64,000 bases of DNA, taken from positions 8,155 through 72,154 of the forward strand of contig CALVUX010000003.1 in assembly GCA_944363715.1 (NCBI GenBank), written 5' to 3'. This document shows, piece by piece, positions 39,031-48,258 of this stretch; within the stretch, counting starts at the first letter, position 1; each line of letters starts with the position of its first letter. Under the pieces are notes generated by a model. It was not told the DNA's origin. It saw nothing but the letters and a program-made list of their open reading frames with translations, and did no database searches. Source of the DNA: an uncultured Bacilli bacterium. GTDB lineage: Bacteria; Bacillota_I; Bacilli_A; RF39; UBA660. Position numbers and translations under genes: made by a program.

Positions 39031-39516
39031 ATGAAAATTAGAGAAGGATATGTTTACCATATTAAGGAAGAATATTTTAAAGATGTTAGAGATGAAAAAC
39101 TAATGAAAAATCACGAAGGTAATTTTACACGACCAAATTATTTTTGTATAAAACTAGATAATAGTGAAATATTGTGGTTTATTCCTATGAGTAGTAAAAT
39201 AGATAAATATGAGAAAATAATAGAAAAAAAGATAGAAAAATATAAAAAATGTGACACTATTGTAATCGGTAATTATAGAGGTAGAAAACACGCATTTTTA
39301 ATTCAAAATATGTTTCCTATAATTGCTAAATATATAGATCATATTGATACAGTTAACGGTAAAGCATTACAAGTACCATCCGAAACAAGACGTATAATAC
39401 TAGAAAAAGTAAATAAAGTATTTAAGTTAAAGAAAAAAGGTGTAAATTTGATTTTTCCTGATGTTGATAATATTAAAGGAATATTATTGAAAGAACTAAA
39501 AAAAGAAGAAAGTTAA
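39031..39516 (+). CDS. Type III toxin-antitoxin system toxin (ToxN/AbiQ/CptN-like endoribonuclease)
   Basis: 161 aa. N-terminal half (YHIKEEYFKDV....RPNYFCIKLDNSEILWFIPMSSK) matches the ToxN/AbiQ block (Y..YL..hD..V......RP.hGhhh.h....YhAPLSSPK) by eye. The promoter-repeats-terminator-ORF architecture is diagnostic. Confidence 0.7.
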   Translation: MKIREGYVYHIKEEYFKDVRDEKLMKNHEGNFTRPNYFCIKLDNSEILWFIPMSSKIDKYEKIIEKKIEKYKKCDTIVIGNYRGRKHAFLIQNMFPIIAKYIDHIDTVNGKALQVPSETRRIILEKVNKVFKLKKKGVNLIFPDVDNIKGILLKELKKEES

Positions 39517-39612
39517 TATTGATATTGTTTACATAAAAGAATAAATTATTATAATTTAGTTTACTTTTCTTAAATAATTTGTTATCCTTATAATAGAAAG
39601 GAGGAAGAAGTG

Positions 39613-40554
39613 ATGAAAAACTTAAAGAAAGGATTATCTATCCTAACATTTGCATTTGTTATGGTAATTTCACTAAGCGTTGTTAATGTTAATGCTGCTG
39701 ATTACGATTTAGCAACTGAAATGGGCAACCTTTTAGCTGGTAACCCTTTAACATTAACAGCAGAAGATTCATTGTCATATAATAATGAAGTGTGGTTTGG
39801 TGCTAATGGTCGTTTCACTATTAATAGTGGGGAAGTAACTTTCCAATATACTGGTGGAGTTGTTAATATTACTATTGATACAGCAGTTGGTAATAGTAAT
39901 GTAACTTTAAATGAAGGCAAACAATTTATTACACAAGTTGAAGTAGGAGCTGATAAAGCACCAGTTAATTTCACTATTAGTGATTCATCAATATTAAGTG
40001 TTAATGGTACTTTAGTAATTCCATCTGGTGCTGAAAGTATCATTGTTAATAATGGTAATCTTAATATTAATCAATCTGGTAGTCTTGAAATTAGAAACAG
40101 AGCCAATAACTATCAAGGAACAGGATTTCTTAATGTTTTTGGTAATATAGTTATTTATGGAGCTTCTGGAGATAATATTGGTAGTCAACAAATCAGGTTA
40201 CATGAAAATGCTAATGTTTATTCTGAAGCAGATATCTTAGATAATCTTACAATTTCTAAAGCTGATAGTGATACTAATACATATGAAATTGTTGAAAATA
40301 CCAATAATACTTATGAGTCTGTAACTGCTGATATAGGTTTAAGGGAATTTCCTTATGCATATACTGTAAAAGCTCAAGAGGTTGAAGAAATACCAGTAAC
40401 ACCTGGTGAAGATGAAACATCCCAAAATAATCCAACAGAAGAAGTAAAAAACGAAGAAAATCCAGAAACAAGTGATGGAATATTACTATTCTTAGGATTA
40501 ACAGTTGTAGGTTTTGCAGGTACAGCTTTAGCTTACAGAAGACTTCATAATTAA
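39613..40554 (+). CDS. Cell-wall-anchored surface protein with NPETSD sorting-signal-like C-terminus
   Basis: Signal peptide (..SLSVVNVNA). C-terminus is NPETSDG + hydrophobic helix + RRLHN. The class B sortase is encoded 1 kb upstream. Confidence 0.65.
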   Translation: MKNLKKGLSILTFAFVMVISLSVVNVNAADYDLATEMGNLLAGNPLTLTAEDSLSYNNEVWFGANGRFTINSGEVTFQYTGGVVNITIDTAVGNSNVTLNEGKQFITQVEVGADKAPVNFTISDSSILSVNGTLVIPSGAESIIVNNGNLNINQSGSLEIRNRANNYQGTGFLNVFGNIVIYGASGDNIGSQQIRLHENANVYSEADILDNLTISKADSDTNTYEIVENTNNTYESVTADIGLREFPYAYTVKAQEVEEIPVTPGEDETSQNNPTEEVKNEENPETSDGILLFLGLTVVGFAGTALAYRRLHN

Positions 40555-40562
40555 TAATAATT

Positions 40563-40590
40563 AAGGCATTGTCTAAGCAGTGCCTTTTTT
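40563..40590 (+). terminator. Rho-independent terminator
   Basis: aaggcattg / cagtgcctt stem followed by tttt. Confidence 0.7.
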
Positions 40591-40656
40591 CTTTTCTAAC
40601 AAAATTGTAAGGAAATAATCATTGATATTATGTTATCATTTAGTTGGTGATAGATA

Positions 40657-40824
40657 ATGAGACAAAAGGTTAGAGATATAGTGTTTTATATATTAGGGGT
40701 TAGTTTAACGATTCTTTTCTTTACAGTAGTAATACCAGTACTTGCAATTATAGGATTAATTAAAGTGATTTCTATGATTAGACACTTTAAAACTCATCAT
40801 AAATTTGTTAAAATAAATCCATAA
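40657..40824 (+). CDS. 55-aa membrane peptide (hypothetical)
   Basis: MRQKVRDIVFYILGVSLTILFFTVVIPVLAIIGLIKVISMIRHFKTHHKFVKINP. ggtga lies 6 nt upstream. Not in the ORF track. Confidence 0.3.
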   Translation: MRQKVRDIVFYILGVSLTILFFTVVIPVLAIIGLIKVISMIRHFKTHHKFVKINP

Positions 40825-40836
40825 GGTGATGAATTT

Positions 40837-41454
40837 ATGGAATATTTAGATTATTATGATGAAGATGGTAATTATTTAGGTTATAAGAGTCGAGATGAAG
40901 TTCATAAAGAAGGACTATGGCATAATACTGTTCATTGTTGGTTATATGAGATGGATGGTAGTGTTTACTTTCAAATAAGAAGTAGTAGTCATAAATTTTA
41001 TACGACAGCATCAGGACATGTTTTAAAAGGTGAGACTATTGAAGAGGCTTTTAGAAGGGAAATAAATGAGGAGATTGGTCTTGATATAGATAGTAGTGAT
41101 GCAACACTTGTAGATATTGTTCCATGGCGTATGGATAAAATGAAAAATGGTACTCTTATTAAAGATAGAGCGAAAGCGAATGTTTATGTTGATTTATTTG
41201 AAGGAGATTTAGATAGTTTTAGATTTGATCCTAATGAAGTATTAGGTGTTGTTAAAGTAAAGGCAAAAGATGCTTTAGATCTCTTTAAAAATGGTAAAGG
41301 AGAAATAGAAGCTGAAATAATTACTACTGAAGGTAATAAAAATGTAAAGGAAAGTAAACTAGTTAGTATAGATGATTTTTTAGTTCAAAAACACGAGAAT
41401 GCCTACGATAAGTATAAAGATGTGTTAAATAAAGTAATAGAAATTACTAAATAA
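40837..41454 (+). CDS. NUDIX hydrolase
   Basis: Complete Nudix box GHVLKGETIEEAFRREINEEIGL. Confidence 0.85.
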   Translation: MEYLDYYDEDGNYLGYKSRDEVHKEGLWHNTVHCWLYEMDGSVYFQIRSSSHKFYTTASGHVLKGETIEEAFRREINEEIGLDIDSSDATLVDIVPWRMDKMKNGTLIKDRAKANVYVDLFEGDLDSFRFDPNEVLGVVKVKAKDALDLFKNGKGEIEAEIITTEGNKNVKESKLVSIDDFLVQKHENAYDKYKDVLNKVIEITK

Positions 41455-41511
41455 GTAGTAATTTCTATTTATTTTTGGTACAATACTTTCTAAGATAGGA
41501 GATAGATAAAA

Positions 41512-44112
41512 TTGAAAGATGCTTATACTAAAAGTAGTAAGGATATTTTAGAAGAGTTAAGTAGTAAAAAAGATGGATTAAATGAAAAAGAAGTAACTAA
41601 AAGATTAGAAAAATATGGTTATAATGAAATAGAAGCTAAGAAGCCTAAAACTATATTAGAAATGGTTATAGATGGGCTTAAAGATAAGATGATTTTAATA
41701 CTTTTACTTGCATCAATTCTTTCCTTTATACTAGGAGAAGTAGCAGAAGGGGTAGTTATATTAACAATTATCTTTATAAATTCTTTGATTAGTATAATTC
41801 AAGAGAAGAAAGCAATGAATGCTATTATTGCTTTAAGAAATATGAATGCTCCTCATACTACTGTTATAAGAGGTGGTAAGAAGAAAAATATTTTAACTAA
41901 AGAAGTAGTTCTTGGAGATATTGTTTATTTAGAAGATGGTAATATTGTCCCTGCAGATATTAGATTAATAGAAGAGAATGGCTTAAAAGTAGATGAATCA
42001 TCTTTAACTGGTGAAAGTGTTCCTGTAGAAAAAGATGCTAATGTTACTTTAAATAAAAATACTACTTTAGCAGATAGAGTTAATATGGTTTACTCATCAA
42101 CTATAATATCTTATGGTACTGCTATTGGAGTTGTAGTTGGAACAGCTACTAATACAGAAGTAGGTTCTATTGCAACCATGTTAGAAGATACTGATAGTTT
42201 AGATACACCACTTAAAAGAAAACTTAATAAAGTAGGAGAAGTCTTAAGTATTATTGGTATTTTAGTCGCTATTCTTATATTTATAATAGGACTACTTTAT
42301 GGTAAAGACTTTATCTCTTTATTAATGGTTTCTATATCTTTAGCAATCTCTGTAATACCAGAAGGATTACCTGCTACGGCAACTATTGTAATGGCTTTAG
42401 GTGTATCAAGAATGGCAAAGAAAAATGCCTTAGTAAAGAAACTTCCTGCTGTTGAAGCTTTAGGTAGTGCTACTGTTATTTGTTCTGATAAGACTGGTAC
42501 TCTTACTTTAAATAAAATGACAGTTGTAAAAAGTACTTTATATAGTGATATTATTAATAAAAATGATCTTAATACTTTTAATGATGACTTAATAAAGTGT
42601 GCTTGTTTATGTAATAATGCTTATATTGATAAAGATAAAGTAATAGGTGACCCTACAGAAGGATGCTTATTAACTTATGCTAAAAATAATGGCTATGATA
42701 TTAAAGATATAAAAAGTAATAAAGTTTTATATGAACAAGCCTTTGACTCTGTTAGAAAAAGAATGAGTGCTGTCATTAAAGATAAAAAAGAATATTTACT
42801 TTATTGTAAAGGTGCTCCTGAAGAGTTAATAGATGTATGTAGTTATGCTTGTGTTGATGATAAGTTAGTTAAACTTACTAGTGAAGATAAGGATAAAATT
42901 AAAGAGTATTGTGTCACTATGTCTAGTAAGGGGTTAAGACTATTAGGCTTTGCCATGAAAAATATTAATAATCTTCCTAAAGAAGGGGATATGATAGAAG
43001 AAGATTTAACTTTTATTGGTATTATGGGAATAATTGATCCTCCTCGAGTTGAAGTTAAACACGCCATTAATACTTGTCATGAAGCAGGTATTAGAGTAAT
43101 TATGATTACAGGAGATCATAAATTAACTGCTAAAGAAATTGCTAAAGACCTTGGTATTTATAAAAATGGTGATTTAGTAGTAGATGGAGAAGAACTTAGT
43201 AAAATGAGTGATTTAAAACTTCGTAATACAATTAAAGATATTTCTGTCTTTGCAAGAGTTACTCCTCAAGATAAACTTAGAATTGTTAATGCCTTAAAGA
43301 AAAATAAAGAAATAGTTGCGATGACAGGGGATGGTGTTAATGATGCTCCTGCCTTAAAGAAAGCTGATATTGGTGTTGCAATGGGTATTACTGGTACAGA
43401 TGTTGCAAAAGATGCCGCTGCTATGATTCTTTTAGATGATAACTTTACAACTATTGAAGCAGCAGTTAAAGAAGGTAGAAGAGTATATCGTAATATTCAA
43501 AAAGTAATACAATACTTACTAGCAGGTAATATTGCAGAAGTATTAACTATATTTATATCTATGTTATTTAACTTACCAAGTCCTTTACTTGCTGTTCATA
43601 TTTTATTTATCAATCTTGTAACTGATACTCTTCCTTCCCTTGCTCTTGGAATAGATCCAGCAAGTCCTAATGTTATGAAACATAGACCAGTTAAAGAGGG
43701 TAGTCTATTTGAGCGTGGTCTTGTCTTTAGAATAGGCTTCTATGGAGTATTCCTTGCTATCATTACTTTAGTTGCATACTTTATAGGGCAGGATGATAGT
43801 TATAATGTAGGTATGACAATGGCCTTTACAGTTTTATGCCTATCACAAATATTTCATTCTCTAAATCAAAGTTCAAGTATAACATCTCTATTTAGTAAAG
43901 ACTATCCAAGAAATAAAATGTTATTCCTTTCTATGGTAGGATCAATTATTTTCCTTTTAATTGTTTTATTTGTAACACCTATAAGAGAATTCTTCTCACT
44001 TAGTGTATTAAGTGGAAATGAATGGTTAATAGTTATATTATTATCTTTATCACCAATTCTTATAGTAGAAATATTTAAAGCGATAAAAAGAAACTTAGGA
44101 ATGGATAGTTAG
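41512..44112 (+). CDS. P-type cation-transporting ATPase (Ca2+/PMCA-SERCA-like, type IIA)
   Basis: DKTGTLT phosphorylation site, TGES, MITGDH, GDGVNDAPALKKADIGVAMG, 10 TM-type hydrophobic segments. TTG start after aggaga. Confidence 0.93.
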   Translation: MKDAYTKSSKDILEELSSKKDGLNEKEVTKRLEKYGYNEIEAKKPKTILEMVIDGLKDKMILILLLASILSFILGEVAEGVVILTIIFINSLISIIQEKKAMNAIIALRNMNAPHTTVIRGGKKKNILTKEVVLGDIVYLEDGNIVPADIRLIEENGLKVDESSLTGESVPVEKDANVTLNKNTTLADRVNMVYSSTIISYGTAIGVVVGTATNTEVGSIATMLEDTDSLDTPLKRKLNKVGEVLSIIGILVAILIFIIGLLYGKDFISLLMVSISLAISVIPEGLPATATIVMALGVSRMAKKNALVKKLPAVEALGSATVICSDKTGTLTLNKMTVVKSTLYSDIINKNDLNTFNDDLIKCACLCNNAYIDKDKVIGDPTEGCLLTYAKNNGYDIKDIKSNKVLYEQAFDSVRKRMSAVIKDKKEYLLYCKGAPEELIDVCSYACVDDKLVKLTSEDKDKIKEYCVTMSSKGLRLLGFAMKNINNLPKEGDMIEEDLTFIGIMGIIDPPRVEVKHAINTCHEAGIRVIMITGDHKLTAKEIAKDLGIYKNGDLVVDGEELSKMSDLKLRNTIKDISVFARVTPQDKLRIVNALKKNKEIVAMTGDGVNDAPALKKADIGVAMGITGTDVAKDAAAMILLDDNFTTIEAAVKEGRRVYRNIQKVIQYLLAGNIAEVLTIFISMLFNLPSPLLAVHILFINLVTDTLPSLALGIDPASPNVMKHRPVKEGSLFERGLVFRIGFYGVFLAIITLVAYFIGQDDSYNVGMTMAFTVLCLSQIFHSLNQSSSITSLFSKDYPRNKMLFLSMVGSIIFLLIVLFVTPIREFFSLSVLSGNEWLIVILLSLSPILIVEIFKAIKRNLGMDS

Positions 44113-44116
44113 TATT

Positions 44117-45334
44117 ATGGTAGTAAATAAGAAGAGGATAGTTTTAAGTAATAAAATCTATCCTCTATTTGCAGGACTTTCAAGTGACCTTATCTTCTTT
44201 CTTGCTATTAATACGTTATTTTTAACTGAAGTAAAAGGATTCAGTGCTTTAGAAATTAGTTCTTTTACAACAATTAGTTTGTTAGTAATGATTATATTAA
44301 ATCCTCTAGTTATGAAAATAATTAATAAAATAGGTGCTTTAAATTCTGTAAAATTAGGGGTAATTTTTCTATTTTTAGGAGCTTTTTTAATAACTTTTGG
44401 TGTAAATTATATAACTATTTTATTAGGATATATATTCTATGAAGCATTTTATTACTTAAAAAAAATGGATACAGTTTTACTAAGAAAAAATTTATTATTC
44501 TTACACGAAGAAGAAAAACAATTAGAAATAGAGAGTTATCATTCTTTAATTTATGCTGTAGTTACTATGTTTACAACTTTTGTATCAGGCTTTCTTTTTA
44601 ATTTAAATAAATATTTACCTATGATATGTTGCCTATTTTTTTGTTTTATAAATATTATTTTGGTTAATTTTTTATATGAAGTAAAAACTCCTAATAGAGT
44701 AATAAAAAATAGTAAAAGAAAAATTAAAACAACACATTTAGTATTTTTAATCTTACTTTTATTTTCAATGACTTATGCTATTATTGATTTAGGACAAAAT
44801 AATGCGCAGTTATTTATTCAGTATAATTTAGGAAGTTTTCTTTCTATTAATGATGTAGCGATATACTTATCTATAATTATTAGTGCTTCTAGAATTACAA
44901 TAGTAATTGTTAACTATTCTTTTATAAATATCTATAATAAATATGAAAATAGAGTTTTATCTATTATATGTTATGCTTTAATATTATCATTTTCTTTAAT
45001 AATACTAGGCAGTTTTATAACTCCTAAAATAGTTGGAATTATTTTAATGAGTATAGGCTTCTGTATGTTTTTAGGAATAAAAGATCCTTTTGAAAATTAT
45101 ATTAAAGACTTATTACTTAATAATACTAATCCAACAGATCATGAAGTGGTAATAAACAAATTAAATTATGTAAGAAAAATAGGAAGACTAGTAGTTAGTA
45201 GCTTAATTACGTTGATACTTTTAAAAGATTCTCTTTTCTATGTAATGGTGTTCTTATTAGGACTTTCTTGTTTTAGTTTAGTAATTGTTTATGAAATATA
45301 TAAAATATTAAAGAAAAAGAAATATAGCAATTAA
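44117..45334 (+). CDS. Multi-pass membrane protein (MFS-like transporter)
   Basis: 405 aa, ~11-12 hydrophobic helices. No specific signature recognised. Confidence 0.5.
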   Translation: MVVNKKRIVLSNKIYPLFAGLSSDLIFFLAINTLFLTEVKGFSALEISSFTTISLLVMIILNPLVMKIINKIGALNSVKLGVIFLFLGAFLITFGVNYITILLGYIFYEAFYYLKKMDTVLLRKNLLFLHEEEKQLEIESYHSLIYAVVTMFTTFVSGFLFNLNKYLPMICCLFFCFINIILVNFLYEVKTPNRVIKNSKRKIKTTHLVFLILLLFSMTYAIIDLGQNNAQLFIQYNLGSFLSINDVAIYLSIIISASRITIVIVNYSFINIYNKYENRVLSIICYALILSFSLIILGSFITPKIVGIILMSIGFCMFLGIKDPFENYIKDLLLNNTNPTDHEVVINKLNYVRKIGRLVVSSLITLILLKDSLFYVMVFLLGLSCFSLVIVYEIYKILKKKKYSN

Positions 45335-45378
45335 ACTAAAAACACACACAAACATTGACTTGTGTGTGTTTTTAGTTT
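45333..45378 (+). terminator. 19-bp perfect hairpin terminator
   Basis: aaactaaaaacacacacaa / ttgtgtgtgtttttagttt with an 8-nt loop. The stem itself ends in T-rich sequence. Confidence 0.8.
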
Positions 45379-45400
45379 AAAATGATTGTAGGTAATAAAA

Positions 45401-45823
45401 ATGGTTTATACTCATAAAGAACTAAAGAAAAAATATGGTTCAGATTATCAAATTAATAAAGCAGTTAAAGAAGGTAAATTATATAAAATAGAATCAGGTA
45501 TTTACTCAGATAAACAAAATAACCATTATTTAGATATATTTGTAAAAAAATATCCAAATGCAATCATTTCTGGAGATAGCGCATATTATTATCATAATTT
45601 AACTGATGTGATTAAACGGAATTTGTTTAGTCAAGCAGGAATTAAAGAATATGGTTATTCTGTTACTGATTCAGTATGGCAAACTGATGATATTAGAATT
45701 ATTTGTGTAGTTGATAGTAAAACTAGAGAACATAAAATGTATAAATTGAATTATAGAAATTATAGTTTAGAAGAGTCTAGTGATAAAGAATTTTTAAGTG
45801 TAAAAATGCTAATTAAATCATAA
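45401..45823 (+). CDS. AbiEi-family (type IV TA antitoxin) N-terminal domain protein, probably a remnant
   Basis: KEGKLYKIESGIYSD....YLDIFVKKYPNAIISGDSAYYYHNLTD matches the AbiEi N-terminal pattern. The protein is short (140 aa) and no AbiEii nucleotidyltransferase follows. Confidence 0.45.
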   Translation: MVYTHKELKKKYGSDYQINKAVKEGKLYKIESGIYSDKQNNHYLDIFVKKYPNAIISGDSAYYYHNLTDVIKRNLFSQAGIKEYGYSVTDSVWQTDDIRIICVVDSKTREHKMYKLNYRNYSLEESSDKEFLSVKMLIKS

Positions 45824-45861
45824 AGACGTTTTTAATAAAATATTATACGAGGAGAGAGTGT

Positions 45862-47070
45862 ATGAAAAAAATATTATCTATTTTATTATTTATTGGAGTG
45901 TTTTTTGTTGGTACTACAAATGTAAATGCTGTACTTATTGATGATACCTTTGCTTTTGGAATATTTGAAATAGTTTGGCACGATTATGATGATAAACTAG
46001 GGTATAGACCAGATGAGATTACTTTAACTTATAGTGATAGAATTAATGTTCTTCATGACTATGAAGTTACATTTAATAAAGATGATGTTGATGTAACAAG
46101 AGTTGATGATAGGACAACTATATGGTCAGTAAGAAAACCAGGAATATATATGGATAGAATTGAAGGAGCAGAGATTTATTATACTGGAGGTGTACCAGAT
46201 CATTATAGTGTTGATGATACTGATTATCTTACAAAAGAAGATAAAACTTCGACTATAGAATTTTATATTTTACCATTTAAAACTATTACTTATACTGAAC
46301 ATTGGGATGATGGTAATGCAAGAGATACTGATAGATATTCTGCAGTTGGGATGACTGGCGATGATAATAGATATTATAGATTAAGTTGTGCTAATGAAAA
46401 AGATACTTATATAGATAAAGATACTTGTCAAAAAGAAATATATATAGAAGATGCTTATCATACTGATGAAAATGGTAATCCTCTTTTGGATAGTCCTATT
46501 CAATTCGAATATGAAATGGTTGATTACTTTATAAATTATGATTATGATATTCAAGTTGATAAAGATGGTAATATTGATGTTTATATAAAACATGAGCCAT
46601 ATCGAATTGATGATGCTAATGTAACAATAAATTGGAATGATAATGATAATAAAAATAAGAGAAGGCCTAATGAATTAACCTTAGATTTATATAATAAAGG
46701 TGTAAAAGAGCAAAGTATTACTATATCAGAAAGTGATGATTGGTCTAAAGTAATTACAAACTTATATAAAAATTATGCTTCTGGTAATCCTAGTGAGTAT
46801 AGGCTTGAAGTATCTAATACAAAAGATTATGAATTTAATATTACTGGAAATAATACAGATGGTTATGTGATAGATGCTAAATATATTGGTGAAGATATTG
46901 TTGTAAATGATGTTTCTAATGATACTGATAATTTATCTAATCAAAGTAATGTAAATTCTCAAGTTGCATTTAATCCTGATACAAGTGATTCTATAATGAT
47001 AGTGATATCTTTATTAATTATTTCATTTATGGGTATGGGGTTATCATTATATAAAATTAAGAAAAAATAA
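45862..47070 (+). CDS. Surface protein with NPDTSD sorting-signal-like C-terminus
   Basis: Signal peptide. Repeated RP(D/N)E(I/L)TL.. blocks. C-terminus is NPDTSDS + hydrophobic helix + KIKKK. Confidence 0.6.
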   Translation: MKKILSILLFIGVFFVGTTNVNAVLIDDTFAFGIFEIVWHDYDDKLGYRPDEITLTYSDRINVLHDYEVTFNKDDVDVTRVDDRTTIWSVRKPGIYMDRIEGAEIYYTGGVPDHYSVDDTDYLTKEDKTSTIEFYILPFKTITYTEHWDDGNARDTDRYSAVGMTGDDNRYYRLSCANEKDTYIDKDTCQKEIYIEDAYHTDENGNPLLDSPIQFEYEMVDYFINYDYDIQVDKDGNIDVYIKHEPYRIDDANVTINWNDNDNKNKRRPNELTLDLYNKGVKEQSITISESDDWSKVITNLYKNYASGNPSEYRLEVSNTKDYEFNITGNNTDGYVIDAKYIGEDIVVNDVSNDTDNLSNQSNVNSQVAFNPDTSDSIMIVISLLIISFMGMGLSLYKIKKK

Positions 47071-47091
47071 TATCAAATAAAGGAGTAAAAA

Positions 47092-47610
47092 ATGAGTTAT
47101 TTAAAAATGTCTTTGGGTGATACCCTAGAAGAAAAGTGGATGAACATACAATCTATTAAGAGAATAAGAAATTGGTTTAAAAAATTTGTGATTTTTGTTA
47201 ATGTTTTTGCAGCGGTTGTATTTATTATGGCTATACTTGGTGGTTCTATGGAAATGGAAGGTGTAGGAGTAATAGGTGCGATAGTTGTATTGTTATTAAT
47301 GTTAGTTTGTAATTATTTCTTTACAGTATATATTTATGGAACAATTTTTGCTTGGGGACTATTTGTTATAGATAGAAAAAATTTTATGGATAGTGTTCCA
47401 GAGCCAGTAAAAACAGAAGAAGTAATAACTGCTTATCTAATAGGCGGAGAATATTATGCTGGTTGGCTTTGTTTAACTAACTTTACATTCATATCTATTG
47501 TTCTTTGCTTCATAGTTGGTGTGTGGTTAGGAGCGATTAATGCTATTACCCATTTTAAAGAATGTAAAGATGTAGAAAGAGAAATAGAAAAGAAATATTT
47601 AAAGAAATAG
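47092..47610 (+). CDS. Integral membrane protein (hypothetical)
   Basis: 172 aa, four hydrophobic helices. Confidence 0.45.
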   Translation: MSYLKMSLGDTLEEKWMNIQSIKRIRNWFKKFVIFVNVFAAVVFIMAILGGSMEMEGVGVIGAIVVLLLMLVCNYFFTVYIYGTIFAWGLFVIDRKNFMDSVPEPVKTEEVITAYLIGGEYYAGWLCLTNFTFISIVLCFIVGVWLGAINAITHFKECKDVEREIEKKYLKK

Positions 47611-47623
47611 AGGAGTAAGAATT

Positions 47624-48202
47624 ATGTATTGTAATAAGTGTGGTAAGAAATTAAAAGAAAATAGTAAATTTTGTGAGGAATGTGGTGCGGCTATTCCTAA
47701 TAAAAATAAGAGTAATGTAAAGAAGACTTTATCTAATATAGATAAAAAGGTAGAAGAAAAATTACCTAATAATTTAAAGAAAAATAAGAATTTATTATAT
47801 ATAGGAGTAATTGTTGTAGTAGTAATTGTAGGACTATTTATATTTACTGGTAATGGTGGTAGTAGTGTTTTTGGTTATTCTGAAAATGTAAAAAAAGTTA
47901 GAGCTTGGCAAAGTATTTTACTTGAACATGAAGGAGTAACTTTAGGAGAAACAATGGACTATGCTTTATCAAATGCTAAATGGAGTGATACAACTTATGA
48001 AGGTAAAAAAGCAGTTATGTTAACAGGTGTATATAAAGATAGAAATGTTAGTATGAAAGCAATTTTTTATCCTGATTATGATGAAACAGATGAATTTTAT
48101 GCTTATTATGAAGAAGATGGAGATAGTAGAACATCTGCAGATGTTGCCTTTAGAGCAGCAGAATATGCAAGTGATGCAGCAGAGAGTTTAGGTAGAGATT
48201 AA
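47624..48202 (+). CDS. Zinc-ribbon domain membrane-anchored protein
   Basis: MYCNKCGKKL....CEECGA zinc ribbon, one TM helix, extracellular domain. Confidence 0.55.
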   Translation: MYCNKCGKKLKENSKFCEECGAAIPNKNKSNVKKTLSNIDKKVEEKLPNNLKKNKNLLYIGVIVVVVIVGLFIFTGNGGSSVFGYSENVKKVRAWQSILLEHEGVTLGETMDYALSNAKWSDTTYEGKKAVMLTGVYKDRNVSMKAIFYPDYDETDEFYAYYEEDGDSRTSADVAFRAAEYASDAAESLGRD

Positions 48203-48258
48203 ATAATAAATAATATTTTGAAACATAAACTTACTACTGGAAAGGTAGTGAGTTTTTT

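Noticed and set aside
45341-45371. (CA)n/(TG)n dinucleotide tracts as a phase-variable microsatellite
   Set aside because: The two tracts are the complementary arms of one perfect 19-bp terminator hairpin in an intergenic position. They are not a slippage-prone run inside a gene or promoter.
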